This document shows, piece after piece, positions 19,923-30,607 of a stretch of 64,000 bases of DNA. The DNA is from Syntrophorhabdaceae bacterium (GTDB lineage Bacteria; Desulfobacterota; Syntrophorhabdia; Syntrophorhabdales; Syntrophorhabdaceae). The stretch spans positions 640,001 to 704,000 of the forward strand of contig CAXXUO010000001.1 of NCBI GenBank assembly GCA_963666485.2, given 5' to 3'. Position numbers and translations under genes: made by a program. The notes beneath the pieces are model-generated. The model searched no databases, was not told the DNA's origin, and worked only from the letters and a program-made list of their open reading frames with translations. The stretch's first letter is position 1. Every line of letters begins with the position of its first letter.

Positions 19923-21285
19923 GATCGAACGCGTCCACTTCGTGGGCATAGGCGGCATTGGGATGAGCGGCATCGCCGAGGTCCTCATCAACCTCGGCTT
20001 CAAGGTGACAGGGTCCGATGTCCGCCAGACGGATATAACGGAGAGGCTCGCATCCCTCGGCGCGGTCATCTTCCAGGGCCACCGGGAGGAGAACATCGTC
20101 GATTCCGACGTCGTCGTCGTTTCGTCAGCGGTGAGACCCGACAATCCCGAGGTAAAAAAGGCACGTGAGCTCTTCATTCCCGTCATCCAGCGCGCCGAGA
20201 TGCTCGCCGAGCTCATGCGTATGAAATATTCGATCGCTGTCGCGGGGGCGCACGGAAAGACGACGACAACGTCCCTCGTTTCCTCGATCCTGGGCCAGGC
20301 CGGCCTTGACCCGACCTGCGTCATCGGCGGGCGCTTGAACAGCCTCGGCAGCAACGCGAAGCTCGGGGATAGCAAGTACCTCGTCGCCGAGGCCGACGAA
20401 AGCGACGGCACGTTCCTGCTTCTCTTCCCCACGATCGCTGTTGCGACGAACATCGACCTCGAGCACCTCGATTTTTACAAAGACATAAACGAGATCAAGG
20501 CGGCGTTCCTCGCATTCCTGAACAAGGTGCCTTTCTACGGGGTGAACATCCTTTGCATCGACAACCCGAACATCCAGGGCCTCATACCCTCGCTCAAGCG
20601 GCGCTACATGACCTACGGCTTGTCGAAGCAGGCCGATCTCAGGGCGGACAATATCTCGTACAAGGGGTTCGTAACAAAGTTCAGGGTGATATACAAAGGG
20701 TACGACCTGGGTGAGATCGAGCTTAACCTCGCCGGGGCGCACAATGTCGTGAACGCCCTTGCCGCCTGCGGCGTGGCGATCGAACTCGACATACCGTTTT
20801 ACACCATACAGGAGGCCCTCAAGAATTTCTCCGGCATCCATCGCAGGCTGGAGATAAAGTACGACGGCGATATCAAGCTCATAGACGATTACGGGCACCA
20901 CCCGACGGAGATCAAAGCGACCTTGAGCGCCATGCGGAAGATGTGGAAGGGCCGGATCATCGTCGCATTCCAGCCCCACCGCTACACGCGGACCCAGGGG
21001 CTCATGGATGAATTCGCCACGTCCTTCAACGAAGCCGACGTCCTCATCATTACCGAGATATACGCGGCATCGGAAGACCCTATCAAAGGGATCAGCGGAT
21101 CGGCGCTCGCCGAAAAGTTACGCGCGAGCGGGCATAAGAATGTGATCTTCGCCCCGACGCGGGATGATGTGATCGACAGGGTACTGGAAAACGCTAAACC
21201 GGGGGACGTCGTAATAACCCTCGGCGCCGGGGACCTGTACAGGATAGACGAACGTTTAAGAAGCGCATGGACTGGAAAGAAATAA
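19909..21285 (+). CDS. murC: UDP-MurNAc:L-Ala ligase
   Basis: GIGGIGMSG, HGKTTT, EADESD, DDYGHHPTE, FQPHRY. Confidence 0.97.
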   Translation: MVFHKIERVHFVGIGGIGMSGIAEVLINLGFKVTGSDVRQTDITERLASLGAVIFQGHREENIVDSDVVVVSSAVRPDNPEVKKARELFIPVIQRAEMLAELMRMKYSIAVAGAHGKTTTTSLVSSILGQAGLDPTCVIGGRLNSLGSNAKLGDSKYLVAEADESDGTFLLLFPTIAVATNIDLEHLDFYKDINEIKAAFLAFLNKVPFYGVNILCIDNPNIQGLIPSLKRRYMTYGLSKQADLRADNISYKGFVTKFRVIYKGYDLGEIELNLAGAHNVVNALAACGVAIELDIPFYTIQEALKNFSGIHRRLEIKYDGDIKLIDDYGHHPTEIKATLSAMRKMWKGRIIVAFQPHRYTRTQGLMDEFATSFNEADVLIITEIYAASEDPIKGISGSALAEKLRASGHKNVIFAPTRDDVIDRVLENAKPGDVVITLGAGDLYRIDERLRSAWTGKK

Positions 21286-22163
21286 AAGGAGCGGTATTGA
21301 AAGACGTGCCCATGAAACGGTACACATCGATGCGGGTCGGCGGACCGGCGAGGATGCTCCTCTACCCGGCCGACAGGGCGGACCTGCAGGCAATGGTGCG
21401 CCGTCTTCGCGATTCGGGCATCCCGTACCGGTTCCTCGGCAACGGGACGAATATCATCGTCAGCGATGACGGCATCGGCGACGCGCTTATACGGCTAAGC
21501 AGGATGGCGAGGCTTCATTTCACCAAAACACCGGATGGGGCCATCGCGGAGGTCGGCGGCGGCTTTTCGCTCAAGCGCTTCATCCGTGAATGTGCGCGGC
21601 GCGGCCTCGGAGGGCTCGAGAAACTGTACTGGATACCCGGGAGCGTCGGCGGCGGCATCAGGATGAACGCGGGAAGCTTCGGCCAATCAATATCGGACAC
21701 ACTGACAGGCATCGCGGTCCTTGACGGCCGGGGCCAGGTGATCGAAAAAGAGACTGCGCCGGGTGATTTCGGATACCGCGCATCCCTCGTAAAGCAGTCC
21801 GAATGCGTCATCAGCGGGCGATTTCAGCTGAAAAATGCCGACAGGGCCCAACTCGAAAGGGACATGGACTACGTCTACCGGGAAAGGAAGTTGAGACACC
21901 CCATGGACTACCCTTCGGCGGGGTCCGTATTCAAGGGTGTCAATGGACAATCGGCATGGTGGTTCGTCGAAGAGGCGGGCCTGCGCGGGTACCGGATAGG
22001 CGACGCATGCGTCTCGGACAAGCATACGAATTTCATCATCAACATGGGACATGCCCGGGCCCGGGACATAGCCGCCCTTATCAAAAAGATAAAGGATGAG
22101 GTCCTGGCCAGGTTCGGTGTCACACTGGAGGAAGAAGTTGAGTTGTGGGGATTTAATGGATAA
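21267..22163 (+). CDS. murB: UDP-N-acetylenolpyruvoylglucosamine reductase
   Basis: LGNGTN, IPGSVGG..MNAG, SAGSVF, KHTNF. Confidence 0.94.
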   Translation: MDWKEIKGAVLKDVPMKRYTSMRVGGPARMLLYPADRADLQAMVRRLRDSGIPYRFLGNGTNIIVSDDGIGDALIRLSRMARLHFTKTPDGAIAEVGGGFSLKRFIRECARRGLGGLEKLYWIPGSVGGGIRMNAGSFGQSISDTLTGIAVLDGRGQVIEKETAPGDFGYRASLVKQSECVISGRFQLKNADRAQLERDMDYVYRERKLRHPMDYPSAGSVFKGVNGQSAWWFVEEAGLRGYRIGDACVSDKHTNFIINMGHARARDIAALIKKIKDEVLARFGVTLEEEVELWGFNG

Positions 22164-23064
22164 GGAAACTTTGAAAACGATAAAGATAGGGGTCCTCTTC
22201 GGCGGCAGGTCATCGGAAAGGGAGATATCGCTGAGAAGCGGAAAGGCCGTTTTCGATGCCCTTATCCGGCTCGGATACAACGCGGTCGCGATCGACGCCG
22301 AGAAAAAACTTATCGATAAGCTAAAAAAACAGAAGATCGAGGCGGCTTTTATCGTGCTCCATGGAAGATGGGGCGAGGACGGTACGGTACAGGGACTCCT
22401 CGAGCTCATGGGAATACCGTACACCGGCCCCGGCGTGATGGGTTCGTCCGCGGCAATGGACAAGGCGATCATGAAATTCATCCTTGAGGCATCGCACATC
22501 CCCACCCCGAAATATGCCGTCGCGGGTGCGGGTGATCGTATCACCTTCAAACCGCCCTTCGTCGTGAAACCCGCAAACGAAGGATCGACGATAGGGATAT
22601 CGCTCGTCCAGAAAAGAAAGGATATACCGGCAGCCATGGAACTCGCGCTCAGGTACGACAGGAAAGTAGTTGTCGAAGAATTTATAGCCGGCCAGGAGAT
22701 CACGGTTGCCGTCATCAACGGAAGGGCCCTGCCCGTCATCGAGGTGCGGCCGCTGTCCGGTTTCTATGATTTCGAGGCAAAGTACACAAAAGGGATGACG
22801 GAATACATCGTCCCCGCCCGGATATCCCGGACGATCGCCAGAAAGGCGCAGGCCATCGCGCTCGATGTGAGCCGCCGGTTCGACCTTACCGGGTGCGTAC
22901 GGATCGATATGCTTATCAAGGAAGAGGTCCCCTACGTGATCGATATCAACACCTCCCCCGGCATGACGGAGACATCGCTCGTCCCCAAGGCATGGGCATA
23001 CGAAGGAAAGACATTTGACGAGCTTATCGACGAGATACTTTCAGGAGCTTCGCTGAAGATATGA
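22156..23064 (+). CDS. ddl: D-alanine-D-alanine ligase
   Basis: GGRSSEREIS, HGRWGEDG, YDFEAKY, NTSPGMT. Confidence 0.95.
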   Translation: MDKETLKTIKIGVLFGGRSSEREISLRSGKAVFDALIRLGYNAVAIDAEKKLIDKLKKQKIEAAFIVLHGRWGEDGTVQGLLELMGIPYTGPGVMGSSAAMDKAIMKFILEASHIPTPKYAVAGAGDRITFKPPFVVKPANEGSTIGISLVQKRKDIPAAMELALRYDRKVVVEEFIAGQEITVAVINGRALPVIEVRPLSGFYDFEAKYTKGMTEYIVPARISRTIARKAQAIALDVSRRFDLTGCVRIDMLIKEEVPYVIDINTSPGMTETSLVPKAWAYEGKTFDELIDEILSGASLKI

Positions 23065-23762
23065 AGAAGTTTCTCTACTTTCTGTTCATCGGGCCGGTCT
23101 GCATACTCTCCATGCTGTCGATCGCCTATTTGTTCTCCCGGGAGGAGCCGCTCTTTTTCCTGCAGAACATAAAGGTGAACGGCTTGAGCCAGCTCGGTGA
23201 CAAGGAAACGGTCGCGAAGATCCAGCCGTACGTCACGCAGAACATCTTCAAGGTGGACCTCGAGAAGATGCAGGAAACCCTTACCGCGCACCCCTTCGTC
23301 AAAGAGGTCAGCGTAAAGCGGGTCTACCCGTTCTCGCTCGTCATCGACGTGAAGGAGAAGAAGCCGTCCGCCCTCTGGGTCGCAAACGACGGCGCGGTCC
23401 TCGTCCTCGACGAGGCAGGCGAAGCGTACCGCTCACTGGGAAAGGACGACGTCAGGGGGCTCTACATTATCAATACCCGCGAAAAGTCTGATGCCAAGAG
23501 CGTCTTTCACGAGACAAACAGTTTTATCGCGGACGGGATAATCAAGAAAGGTCAGCTTTCGGAAGTATCTTACGTCAACGGGAATCTTATAATGTTCGGC
23601 TTCAATGACGGCGTCGAGATCATACTCGGCAAGGAAGACCACAAGACCCGGCTTAAACGGGCCATGACTGTCCTTAAGGACGCGAGCAAACGCGGCCTTC
23701 TCATAAAATGCATCGACGCGCGCTTTGAAAAAGGCGCCATAATCCAGGAAAAGAAGGGGTGA
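23061..23762 (+). CDS. ftsQ: Cell division protein FtsQ/DivIB
   Basis: TM helix + POTRA (HPFVKEVSVKRVYP...VKEK); C-terminal IDARF; dcw position. Confidence 0.85.
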   Translation: MKKFLYFLFIGPVCILSMLSIAYLFSREEPLFFLQNIKVNGLSQLGDKETVAKIQPYVTQNIFKVDLEKMQETLTAHPFVKEVSVKRVYPFSLVIDVKEKKPSALWVANDGAVLVLDEAGEAYRSLGKDDVRGLYIINTREKSDAKSVFHETNSFIADGIIKKGQLSEVSYVNGNLIMFGFNDGVEIILGKEDHKTRLKRAMTVLKDASKRGLLIKCIDARFEKGAIIQEKKG

Positions 23763-25012
23763 GGCGGGTGAAGGAAGAGGAACAGCTGCTTGTAGGTCTC
23801 GATATCGGAACAACGAAGATCTGCGTTGTCGTCGGAAAGGCGGCGGAAGACAAGGTCAACATCATCGGCATAGGATCGCATCCTTCCACCGGCCTGCGCA
23901 AAGGCGTCGTCGTCAACATGGACAGCACCGTCAACTCGATCAAGAAGGCCGTCGAAGAAGCGGAGCTCATGGCCGGCATCAAGATCGATTCATGCCTTGC
24001 CGGCATCGGCGGGGCCCACATCAAGAGCTTCAACAGCAATGGCGTTGTGGCGGTCAAGGACCGCGAGGTCCGTCCCGATGACATCGATCGTGCGATCGAC
24101 GCCGCAAAGGCGGTCGCCATACCCGCCGACCGGGAACTGATCCATGTCATCCCGCAGGAATTTATCGTCGATGACCAGGACGGGATACGCGACCCCGTGG
24201 GCATAACAGGGGTCAGACTCGAAGTGAAGGTACACATCGTGACCGGGAGCATCTCGTCAGCCCAGAACATCATCAAATGCTGCAAACTTGCCGGGCTCAA
24301 TGTCGACGACGTGATACTCTGCCAGCTCGCGTCGGCGGAAGCCGTCCTGACACCGGAGGAAAAGGAGATAGGCGTGGCCGTCGTCGACATAGGGGGCGGA
24401 ACGAGCGACATCGCCGTCTATGCGAACGGGGCAATAAAGCACACATCCGTCCTGCCGTTCGGCGGCAACAATATCACGAACGACATAGCGATCGGCCTGA
24501 GGACGCCGATCGACGACGCCGAGAAGATCAAGAAAAAATACGGCTGCGCTATGGCGAGCCTCGTCGGCCAGAATGAGACGATAGAGGTTCCGAGCGTCGG
24601 CGGCAGGAAACCCAGGACCCTCCAGAGAAAGACCCTGGCGGACATCATAGAGCCCCGGGTCGAAGAGGTGTCCTCACTTATTTACGATGAGATCAAGAAG
24701 TCGGGCCTCGAGAAGCTGCTTGCATCAGGCGTTGTCCTGACGGGCGGATGCTCGAACCTCGACGGGCTGCCGGAAATGGCGGAGAACATATTCAACCTGC
24801 CGGCCCGAAAAGGCGACCCGATCGGGGTCGGCGGGCTTATCGACGTCGTCAACAACCCGGCATATGCAACGGCTGTCGGGCTCTTGCTGTTCGGTTTCAA
24901 GGAAGGACGAGGGAAAAAACGCGGGTTTGACGCTGCGCGCTCGATGAGGAAGTTGTTCAGCAACCAGCGGCTGCTCACGAAGATGAAAGACTGGTTTAAA
25001 GAAATATTCTAG
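23759..25012 (+). CDS. ftsA: Cell division protein FtsA
   Basis: LDIGTTK, DIGGGTSD, VLTGG; C-terminal amphipathic helix MKDWFKEIF. Confidence 0.96.
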   Translation: MRRVKEEEQLLVGLDIGTTKICVVVGKAAEDKVNIIGIGSHPSTGLRKGVVVNMDSTVNSIKKAVEEAELMAGIKIDSCLAGIGGAHIKSFNSNGVVAVKDREVRPDDIDRAIDAAKAVAIPADRELIHVIPQEFIVDDQDGIRDPVGITGVRLEVKVHIVTGSISSAQNIIKCCKLAGLNVDDVILCQLASAEAVLTPEEKEIGVAVVDIGGGTSDIAVYANGAIKHTSVLPFGGNNITNDIAIGLRTPIDDAEKIKKKYGCAMASLVGQNETIEVPSVGGRKPRTLQRKTLADIIEPRVEEVSSLIYDEIKKSGLEKLLASGVVLTGGCSNLDGLPEMAENIFNLPARKGDPIGVGGLIDVVNNPAYATAVGLLLFGFKEGRGKKRGFDAARSMRKLFSNQRLLTKMKDWFKEIF

Positions 25013-25022
25013 GAGGTGCGAG

Positions 25023-26189
25023 GTGAGTGGAATGTTCTACATGGACGAGAGCAACGGTTTTTCAGCAAAATTGATTGTCGTGGGGGTAGGTGGAGGGGGC
25101 TGCAATGCACTCAACAACATGGTCGAAGCGGGGATCCAGGGTGTTGAGTTCATCGCGGTTAACACGGATATCAAGTCGCTCAGCACATGCAAGGCACCGG
25201 TCAAGATACAGATCGGGACGAAGCTGACCGAGGGGCTCGGTGCCGGTGCGAATCCCGAGGTAGGCAAAAAGGCCGCGCTCGAGGATGTCGACAAGATAAA
25301 GGACCACCTCAAGGGCGCGCACATGGTCTTCATCACCTGCGGGCTTGGCGGGGGAACGGGGACAGGGGCGTCACCGGTCATAGCGGAGATAGCGCGCGAG
25401 GTCGGGGCGCTCACGGTCGCGATCACGACGAAGCCTTTCGCCTTCGAGGGGAAGGACAGGATGACCCAGTCGGAAAACGGCGTCACCCAGCTCAAGTCAC
25501 GGGTTGACTCGCTCATTACGATCCCCAACCAGAGACTGCTCTCGGTCGGTGGAAAACACATGACGATCATGGAGGCATTTCTCAAAGCCGACGAGGTCCT
25601 CCTCAACGCGGTGCGTTCCATTTCCGACCTCATCATCGGGTCCGGCCATGTCGTCGTGGATTTCGCCGATGTCAAGACGATCATGAGCGAGCGGGGAATG
25701 GCCATCATGGGCATTGGCGAGGCACAGGGAGAGTCGAGGGCGCGCGACGCGGCACAGAAAGCGATCTCGAGCCCGCTTCTCGAAGATATCTCCATCCATG
25801 GCGCCCGCGGCGTTCTCATCAACGTCACCGGCAACACCGACATGACACTGATGGAGGTCAGCGAAGCATCGACGCTTATCCAGGAACAGGCCCACGAAGA
25901 CGCGAAGATCATCTGGGGCCTTGTCTACGACCCGTCCATGCAGGATATGATCAGGATCACCGTCATCGCGACCGGTTTCGAGGAACGGGCCGCCATAGAC
26001 GACGACACGACCGAGCTTTTCCTGAAGGACAGGCTCTTCGATGATGGCAGTATGCCGTCTTTTATGAAGAAGAAGGTCGCCATCGATTACAAGGTCGACT
26101 ACAAGGAAATCAGGCAGAAGAGCGATACGATCGATATCGACGACGATCGCTATGATATACCGACATTCCTCAGAAAACAGGCAGATTAA
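25023..26189 (+). CDS. ftsZ: Cell division protein FtsZ
   Basis: GVGGGGCN, GGGTGTG, DFADV; C-terminal DIPTFLRKQAD. Confidence 0.98.
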   Translation: MSGMFYMDESNGFSAKLIVVGVGGGGCNALNNMVEAGIQGVEFIAVNTDIKSLSTCKAPVKIQIGTKLTEGLGAGANPEVGKKAALEDVDKIKDHLKGAHMVFITCGLGGGTGTGASPVIAEIAREVGALTVAITTKPFAFEGKDRMTQSENGVTQLKSRVDSLITIPNQRLLSVGGKHMTIMEAFLKADEVLLNAVRSISDLIIGSGHVVVDFADVKTIMSERGMAIMGIGEAQGESRARDAAQKAISSPLLEDISIHGARGVLINVTGNTDMTLMEVSEASTLIQEQAHEDAKIIWGLVYDPSMQDMIRITVIATGFEERAAIDDDTTELFLKDRLFDDGSMPSFMKKKVAIDYKVDYKEIRQKSDTIDIDDDRYDIPTFLRKQAD

Positions 26190-26345
26190 ATGTTGCGCTT
26201 ATACATTCATATCGAAGATGATCCCGCCCGATACCAGCCTCATCCGGGTTGGAGACGCAGTTTACGGCACCGCTTCGGCATGGACCTGCAATAACCTCCT
26301 GAACAGGGGGGCGGTGATATGCTCTCGTCCCGCCGCCCCCCACCT

Positions 26346-26468
26346 CTTCCGGATCATATCAAAGCACTGGCTTCGTTAGCTCCTCGTTGCACTCCTCGAC
26401 GTACGGACGTACGCCTGCGTCGCGCACCTCGTCGCTGCCTCGCCATTATCTTTGATATGATCCGGAAG
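26346..26468. mobile_element. 123-bp MITE-like palindromic element
   Basis: Perfect 19-bp terminal inverted repeat CTTCCGGATCATATCAAAG around a GC-rich core (CGACGTACGGACGTACGCC). Confidence 0.55.
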
Positions 26469-26519
26469 GCCGGTTTCATACCTACCTTCGTTTTCCGTTT
26501 TATGTTATCGTAGTTACGT

Positions 26520-28145
26520 ATGTCGCAGAAGCGCAAAGGCAGGGAGAGTTCCGGTTGGACGGGATACCTCGCTGAGGAAAAAGGCACCGTCCGGAAGAAG
26601 TGGGGCGGAAGGGTTCCGGTCGCCGTGGTCTTTCCGAATTCGTACCACGTCGGGATGTCCAACCTCGCCGTTCACATCCTGTACGGGATGCTCAACGAAC
26701 GCGACGATGTTGTATGCGAGAGGTTCTTTTACGAAGACGATATGCCCCTTGTGTCCGTAGAAAACTCCCGGCCGCTTGCAGAGTTTGCCCTTGTTTTTTT
26801 CACCCTTTCGTTCGAGCTCGACTATCCCAATATTGTTTCAATCCTGGAGAGATCTTCCCTGCTCCCGTTTGCGAAGGACCGCGGCGAGCATTCCCCGCTC
26901 GTCGCCGGCGGCGGCGTCTGCGTCATGGCCAATCCCGAGCCGGTCGCACCGTTTTTCGATCTCATGTTATTGGGCGATATCGAGGCAACCCTGCCGCAAT
27001 TCATGGACCAATTCATGGCATCCCAGACGTCCGGCAGAGAGGATGTCATTGCCGGTTTTGAGGGTCTCCCCTTTGTGTATCGTCCGGCCAGCCTTTCCGT
27101 ACAGTACCGGGAGGACGGCCGGGTCGCAGGCTTCGAACCACCAGGCTTTTCGGTAAAGGTCGAGCATTATTCCGGAGACGCGCTCGGTTCATCCGCGGTC
27201 ATCTCGTCAGGCACAGAGTTCGGCGATATGGCCCCTTATCGAGGGAACCCGGGGGATGCCCGTCGCTGGTGCTCATTTTGCCTCATCGGGCAACCTGTAC
27301 AGGTTCCGGACCGAGGACATCCGGCCGACGATCGGCGATACCCGGGACGTGGGGATCATTGGCGGGGGGATGTCGTTCCACCCCCGGATCGTCGAGATCG
27401 TCGAGAGCTTCCGCAAAGAAGGTATCAGAGTACACCTGCCGTCACTTCGCCTCGACGAGGTCCCGATAGAACTGATCGGACTTCTCAAAGACGATATCAA
27501 AACCCTCACATTCGGGATCGAAGCGGGTACGGAGCAGCTTCGGGCATTTCTCGGCAAGAAAATAACCGATGACGAGATCCTCTCCCGCATCGGGGCAATC
27601 ATGGAGTTGAGGTCCTTTAATCTCAAGCTGTATTTCATGATCGGCAATCCCCGGGGAAAACCCTGGGCGACATCGATGCGATACCGGAACTCGTCAAAAA
27701 AGTCCGCCACATCATGATACAGCATGGGGCCCCGCGTGGATCGCTCGGGAATATCACGATCCATGTGAGCCCGCTGGTCCCCAAGGCGGCAACCCCGTTC
27801 CAGTGGGCACCCATGGAAGACATGGATGGGCTCAAGCTAAAGCTGGCACGCCTGCGCACCGCGTTCCGGAAGATAGACAACACGGTGTTCACACACGATT
27901 CGGTAAAGTTCAGCTTCCTCCAGGCAGTCCTCTCCCGCGGCGACAGGCGCATATCCGACGTGATAATCCGCCTGGCGCACGGTGAAAGCTTGAACAGGAT
28001 CGTCCGGGAAAGCTCCGTCAACCTGAATTTCTACGCCCTGCGGGAACGGTCTCCCGACGAGGTCTTCCCGTGGGATTTCATCCGTGGGCATATCTCTAAA
28101 AAGCACTTATTTGAAACGTTCAAAAAAAGAGTGGTGGTGAAGTAA
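26520..28145 (+). pseudogene. Radical SAM protein split by frameshifts (probably assembly indels)
   Basis: Three overlapping ORFs (FPNSYHVGMSNL / LTFGIEAG...LYFMIG / PKAATPFQW). The CxxxCxxC region at about 27250-27281 is disrupted by extra bases. Confidence 0.75.
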
Positions 28146-28270
28146 AATCATCAAAATATGGACTCGTTACGCGTAAAAAATAGGTATTATAACGGTCATT
28201 GACTTTTACCTTTCCATACTATACGATTGAGCATTAATTTTTTCTGCGATTAACCCAAGGGGGATAAAAA

Positions 28271-28710
28271 ATGTCTAATCTTAACAAGGTATTACTTGTC
28301 GGCCGCCTCGGCAAAGATCCCGAGGTGCGGTATACGGCGGATGGCACGCCCCGTCCGCGTCATTTACCATGGCCACGTCGGAAAGGTACAACGATCGGTC
28401 CGGCGTCAGGCAGGAGCGCACTGAGTGGCACAACATCGTTGTATGGCGTAAGCTTGCGGAGATCGCCGGTCAATACCTGAAAAAGGGATCTCTCGTATAC
28501 ATAGAAGGCAGGATACAGTCCCGGGAGTATGACGGGAAAGACGGCATCAAGAGACGGGCGTACGAGATCGTCGCTTCCGATATGAAAATGTTCCCGACAG
28601 GCCAGGGACAGGGACAGAACCAGAGCTATCAGCAGGAAGAGCGCAGGGGTTCAGGCCCATCCCGGTCATTCGATGACGATTTCGTGCGTGAGGATGATGT
28701 GCCTATGTAG
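28271..28710 (+). CDS. ssb: Single-stranded DNA-binding protein (frameshift near 28350, probably an assembly error)
   Basis: [21 protein letters not shown], then after a frame change TEWHNIVVW...DDVPM. Confidence 0.9.
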
Positions 28711-28712
28711 GG

Positions 28713-28776
28713 ACGGCTAACGGCGTACGGCTAACGGCGTACGGCTAAAGGCGTACGGCTAAAGGCTAAAGGCGAA
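28713..28776. repeat. Degenerate heptamer array (ACGGCTA/ACGGCGT/AAGGCTA)
   Basis: About 9 units with 7-nt period, between convergent ssb and mtgA. Confidence 0.75.
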
Positions 28777-28786
28777 AGGTCGATAT

Positions 28787-29650
28787 TTACTTTGGTTCTC
28801 CCTGATCTGGAACGGGGGTTTCTTTCGCGGGCTGCACATTTTCGGGTTCACTCTTGACGGGAACGGGTGCCTCAATTAATTCTTCGGGGGGAGTTTTCAC
28901 GACTTCCTCGTATTCCGGAACGACAATTCCGCGCTTTGCCATGATGGCGTATATGATCTTTGCGCGGCGCTCTACGTACTGTGATGTGCCGTCTACACGG
29001 TAGCGGCGCGGGTTGGGCAGTGCGGCTGCCAACTTCGCGGCCTCTTCGGCCGTGAGCGCTGCTGCCGACTTGCCGAAATGCCTGCGTGCCGCAGCCTCGG
29101 CGCCAAATATGCCATCTCCCCATTCGACCACGTTCAGGTAAAGCTCCAGTATCCGCCGCTTTGTCAGCGTTTTTTCCATGCGCCATGTGATTATGGCCTC
29201 TTTGAGCTTGCGGACCGGGTTCTTGGCGGGGGTGAGATAGAGGTTCTTTGTCAGCTGCTGGCTTATCGTGCTGCCGCCCAGTTTGAACTTCCCTGATTCC
29301 AGGTTCTTTTCAAATGCCTTCTGAATGGCCTCTTTGTCGAAACCGTGGTGTTTCCAGAACTTGTCATCCTCCGCGATGAGCACGGCCTTCATGAGGTACG
29401 GGGATATGGACCCCAAAGGGACCCATCTTTGCTGGATCTTTATGTTCTTGCCTTTTGCACGGTATTCCGCCTCGCGGTATTGCATGAAAGAGGTCTTGCC
29501 CGGGTTCTGTTTCTTGAGTTTCGCTACGTCGGGGTAAACGAGGTAGAATGCACCGAAGCCTGCTACGCACAGGATGCCGATAATGAACAGATATACGATG
29601 AACCGGAAGAATCCGCCCGGCTTTTTCTTCTTCTTATTTTTCCTTTTCAA
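28787..29650 (-). CDS. mtgA: Monofunctional peptidoglycan glycosyltransferase
   Basis: GT51 motifs EDDKFWKHHG, GGSTISQQLTKNL, RKLKE and KRRILELYLN; N-terminal TM; no transpeptidase domain. Confidence 0.92.
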   Translation of the reverse strand: MKRKNKKKKKPGGFFRFIVYLFIIGILCVAGFGAFYLVYPDVAKLKKQNPGKTSFMQYREAEYRAKGKNIKIQQRWVPLGSISPYLMKAVLIAEDDKFWKHHGFDKEAIQKAFEKNLESGKFKLGGSTISQQLTKNLYLTPAKNPVRKLKEAIITWRMEKTLTKRRILELYLNVVEWGDGIFGAEAAARRHFGKSAAALTAEEAAKLAAALPNPRRYRVDGTSQYVERRAKIIYAIMAKRGIVVPEYEEVVKTPPEELIEAPVPVKSEPENVQPAKETPVPDQGEPK

Positions 29651-30485
29651 GACTCTTCACATCGATAAACGGCACGGAACTTCCCGTAACCTTTGGGAGA
29701 TGACCGTCCCATTTCTCTATCGCCTTCATCGACGCCTCTATTTGCCTGAGCTTTACGAGCTCCACGGTTATGTTCGCTTTCTGGAGGCGAAGCGCCTCGG
29801 CTTCCGCCTTCGCCTGCGTTACCTTCTGCTCCGCTTCTATTTTGATGCGCTCGAGGTCGCGCTGGGCCTTCAACGCAAACTGCTCCGCGGTCTGCTTCGA
29901 CTCGATCGCCTGCGTGAACTGCTGGGAAAATTTAAAATTGACGATCGAAAAGTCGTCGACGTTGATATTGTACCCGATAAGGCGGCTTTTCAGGAGCTCT
30001 TTTATCTCGGACCGCACGCGTTCACGCTGGGTGATGAGCTCCACCGCCGTGTACTTCGCCGTTATCGCCTTGACGACCTCCTGGACCGCCGGGTCGATAA
30101 TGCGCTCTTTATATTGAAGCCCGATGTTCTGGTACACCCAGCTTGCCTGGTCCGGGATGATATGATAGTTGACGGCTATCGTGGAGTGCGTGTCCTGGAG
30201 GTCCTTCGACACCGATTCGGCGTCAGTCTGCGACTTGTGGACCCTGACATCCACCTTTATGACCTTTTGCACGACGGGGATCCTCAGGTGAAGGCCCTCG
30301 CTGAATACGGTCTTCTGGACCGCGCCGAACGTCAGCACGATCCCGCGCTCACCGGGCCCGACGATCACAAAGGGATTGACTATGGAGACAACGATAATGA
30401 AAGCGATGATGATAAAGATCCATTTCGCGAGTCTCTTAAACGTGGATTGCGTGTCTTTGACCATATTGACCACTTTTGGATCCAT
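29634..30485 (-). CDS. SPFH/prohibitin-family membrane protein
   Basis: TM helix, GERGIVLTFG, SKDLQ, AIESKQ.AEQ coiled coil. Confidence 0.9.
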   Translation of the reverse strand: MDPKVVNMVKDTQSTFKRLAKWIFIIIAFIIVVSIVNPFVIVGPGERGIVLTFGAVQKTVFSEGLHLRIPVVQKVIKVDVRVHKSQTDAESVSKDLQDTHSTIAVNYHIIPDQASWVYQNIGLQYKERIIDPAVQEVVKAITAKYTAVELITQRERVRSEIKELLKSRLIGYNINVDDFSIVNFKFSQQFTQAIESKQTAEQFALKAQRDLERIKIEAEQKVTQAKAEAEALRLQKANITVELVKLRQIEASMKAIEKWDGHLPKVTGSSVPFIDVKSLEKEK

Positions 30486-30607
30486 ATGTCCTCCCCCGCA
30501 TCATTGTGTACTGTAGTAATCTCTTATCACATCCGGCGGGGCATTGGAATATTTTCCCGTGCTGCATATTGCGGTTTTCCCCCTTAATAAAAAACAAAGA
30601 CAAGAAA

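Noticed and set aside
27230..28370. Programmed frameshifting or true pseudogenisation of the radical SAM gene and ssb
   Set aside because: Several single-base insertions, mostly in short homopolymers, are clustered in about 1 kb and hit a normally essential gene. This is typical of long-read consensus error; read mapping is needed.
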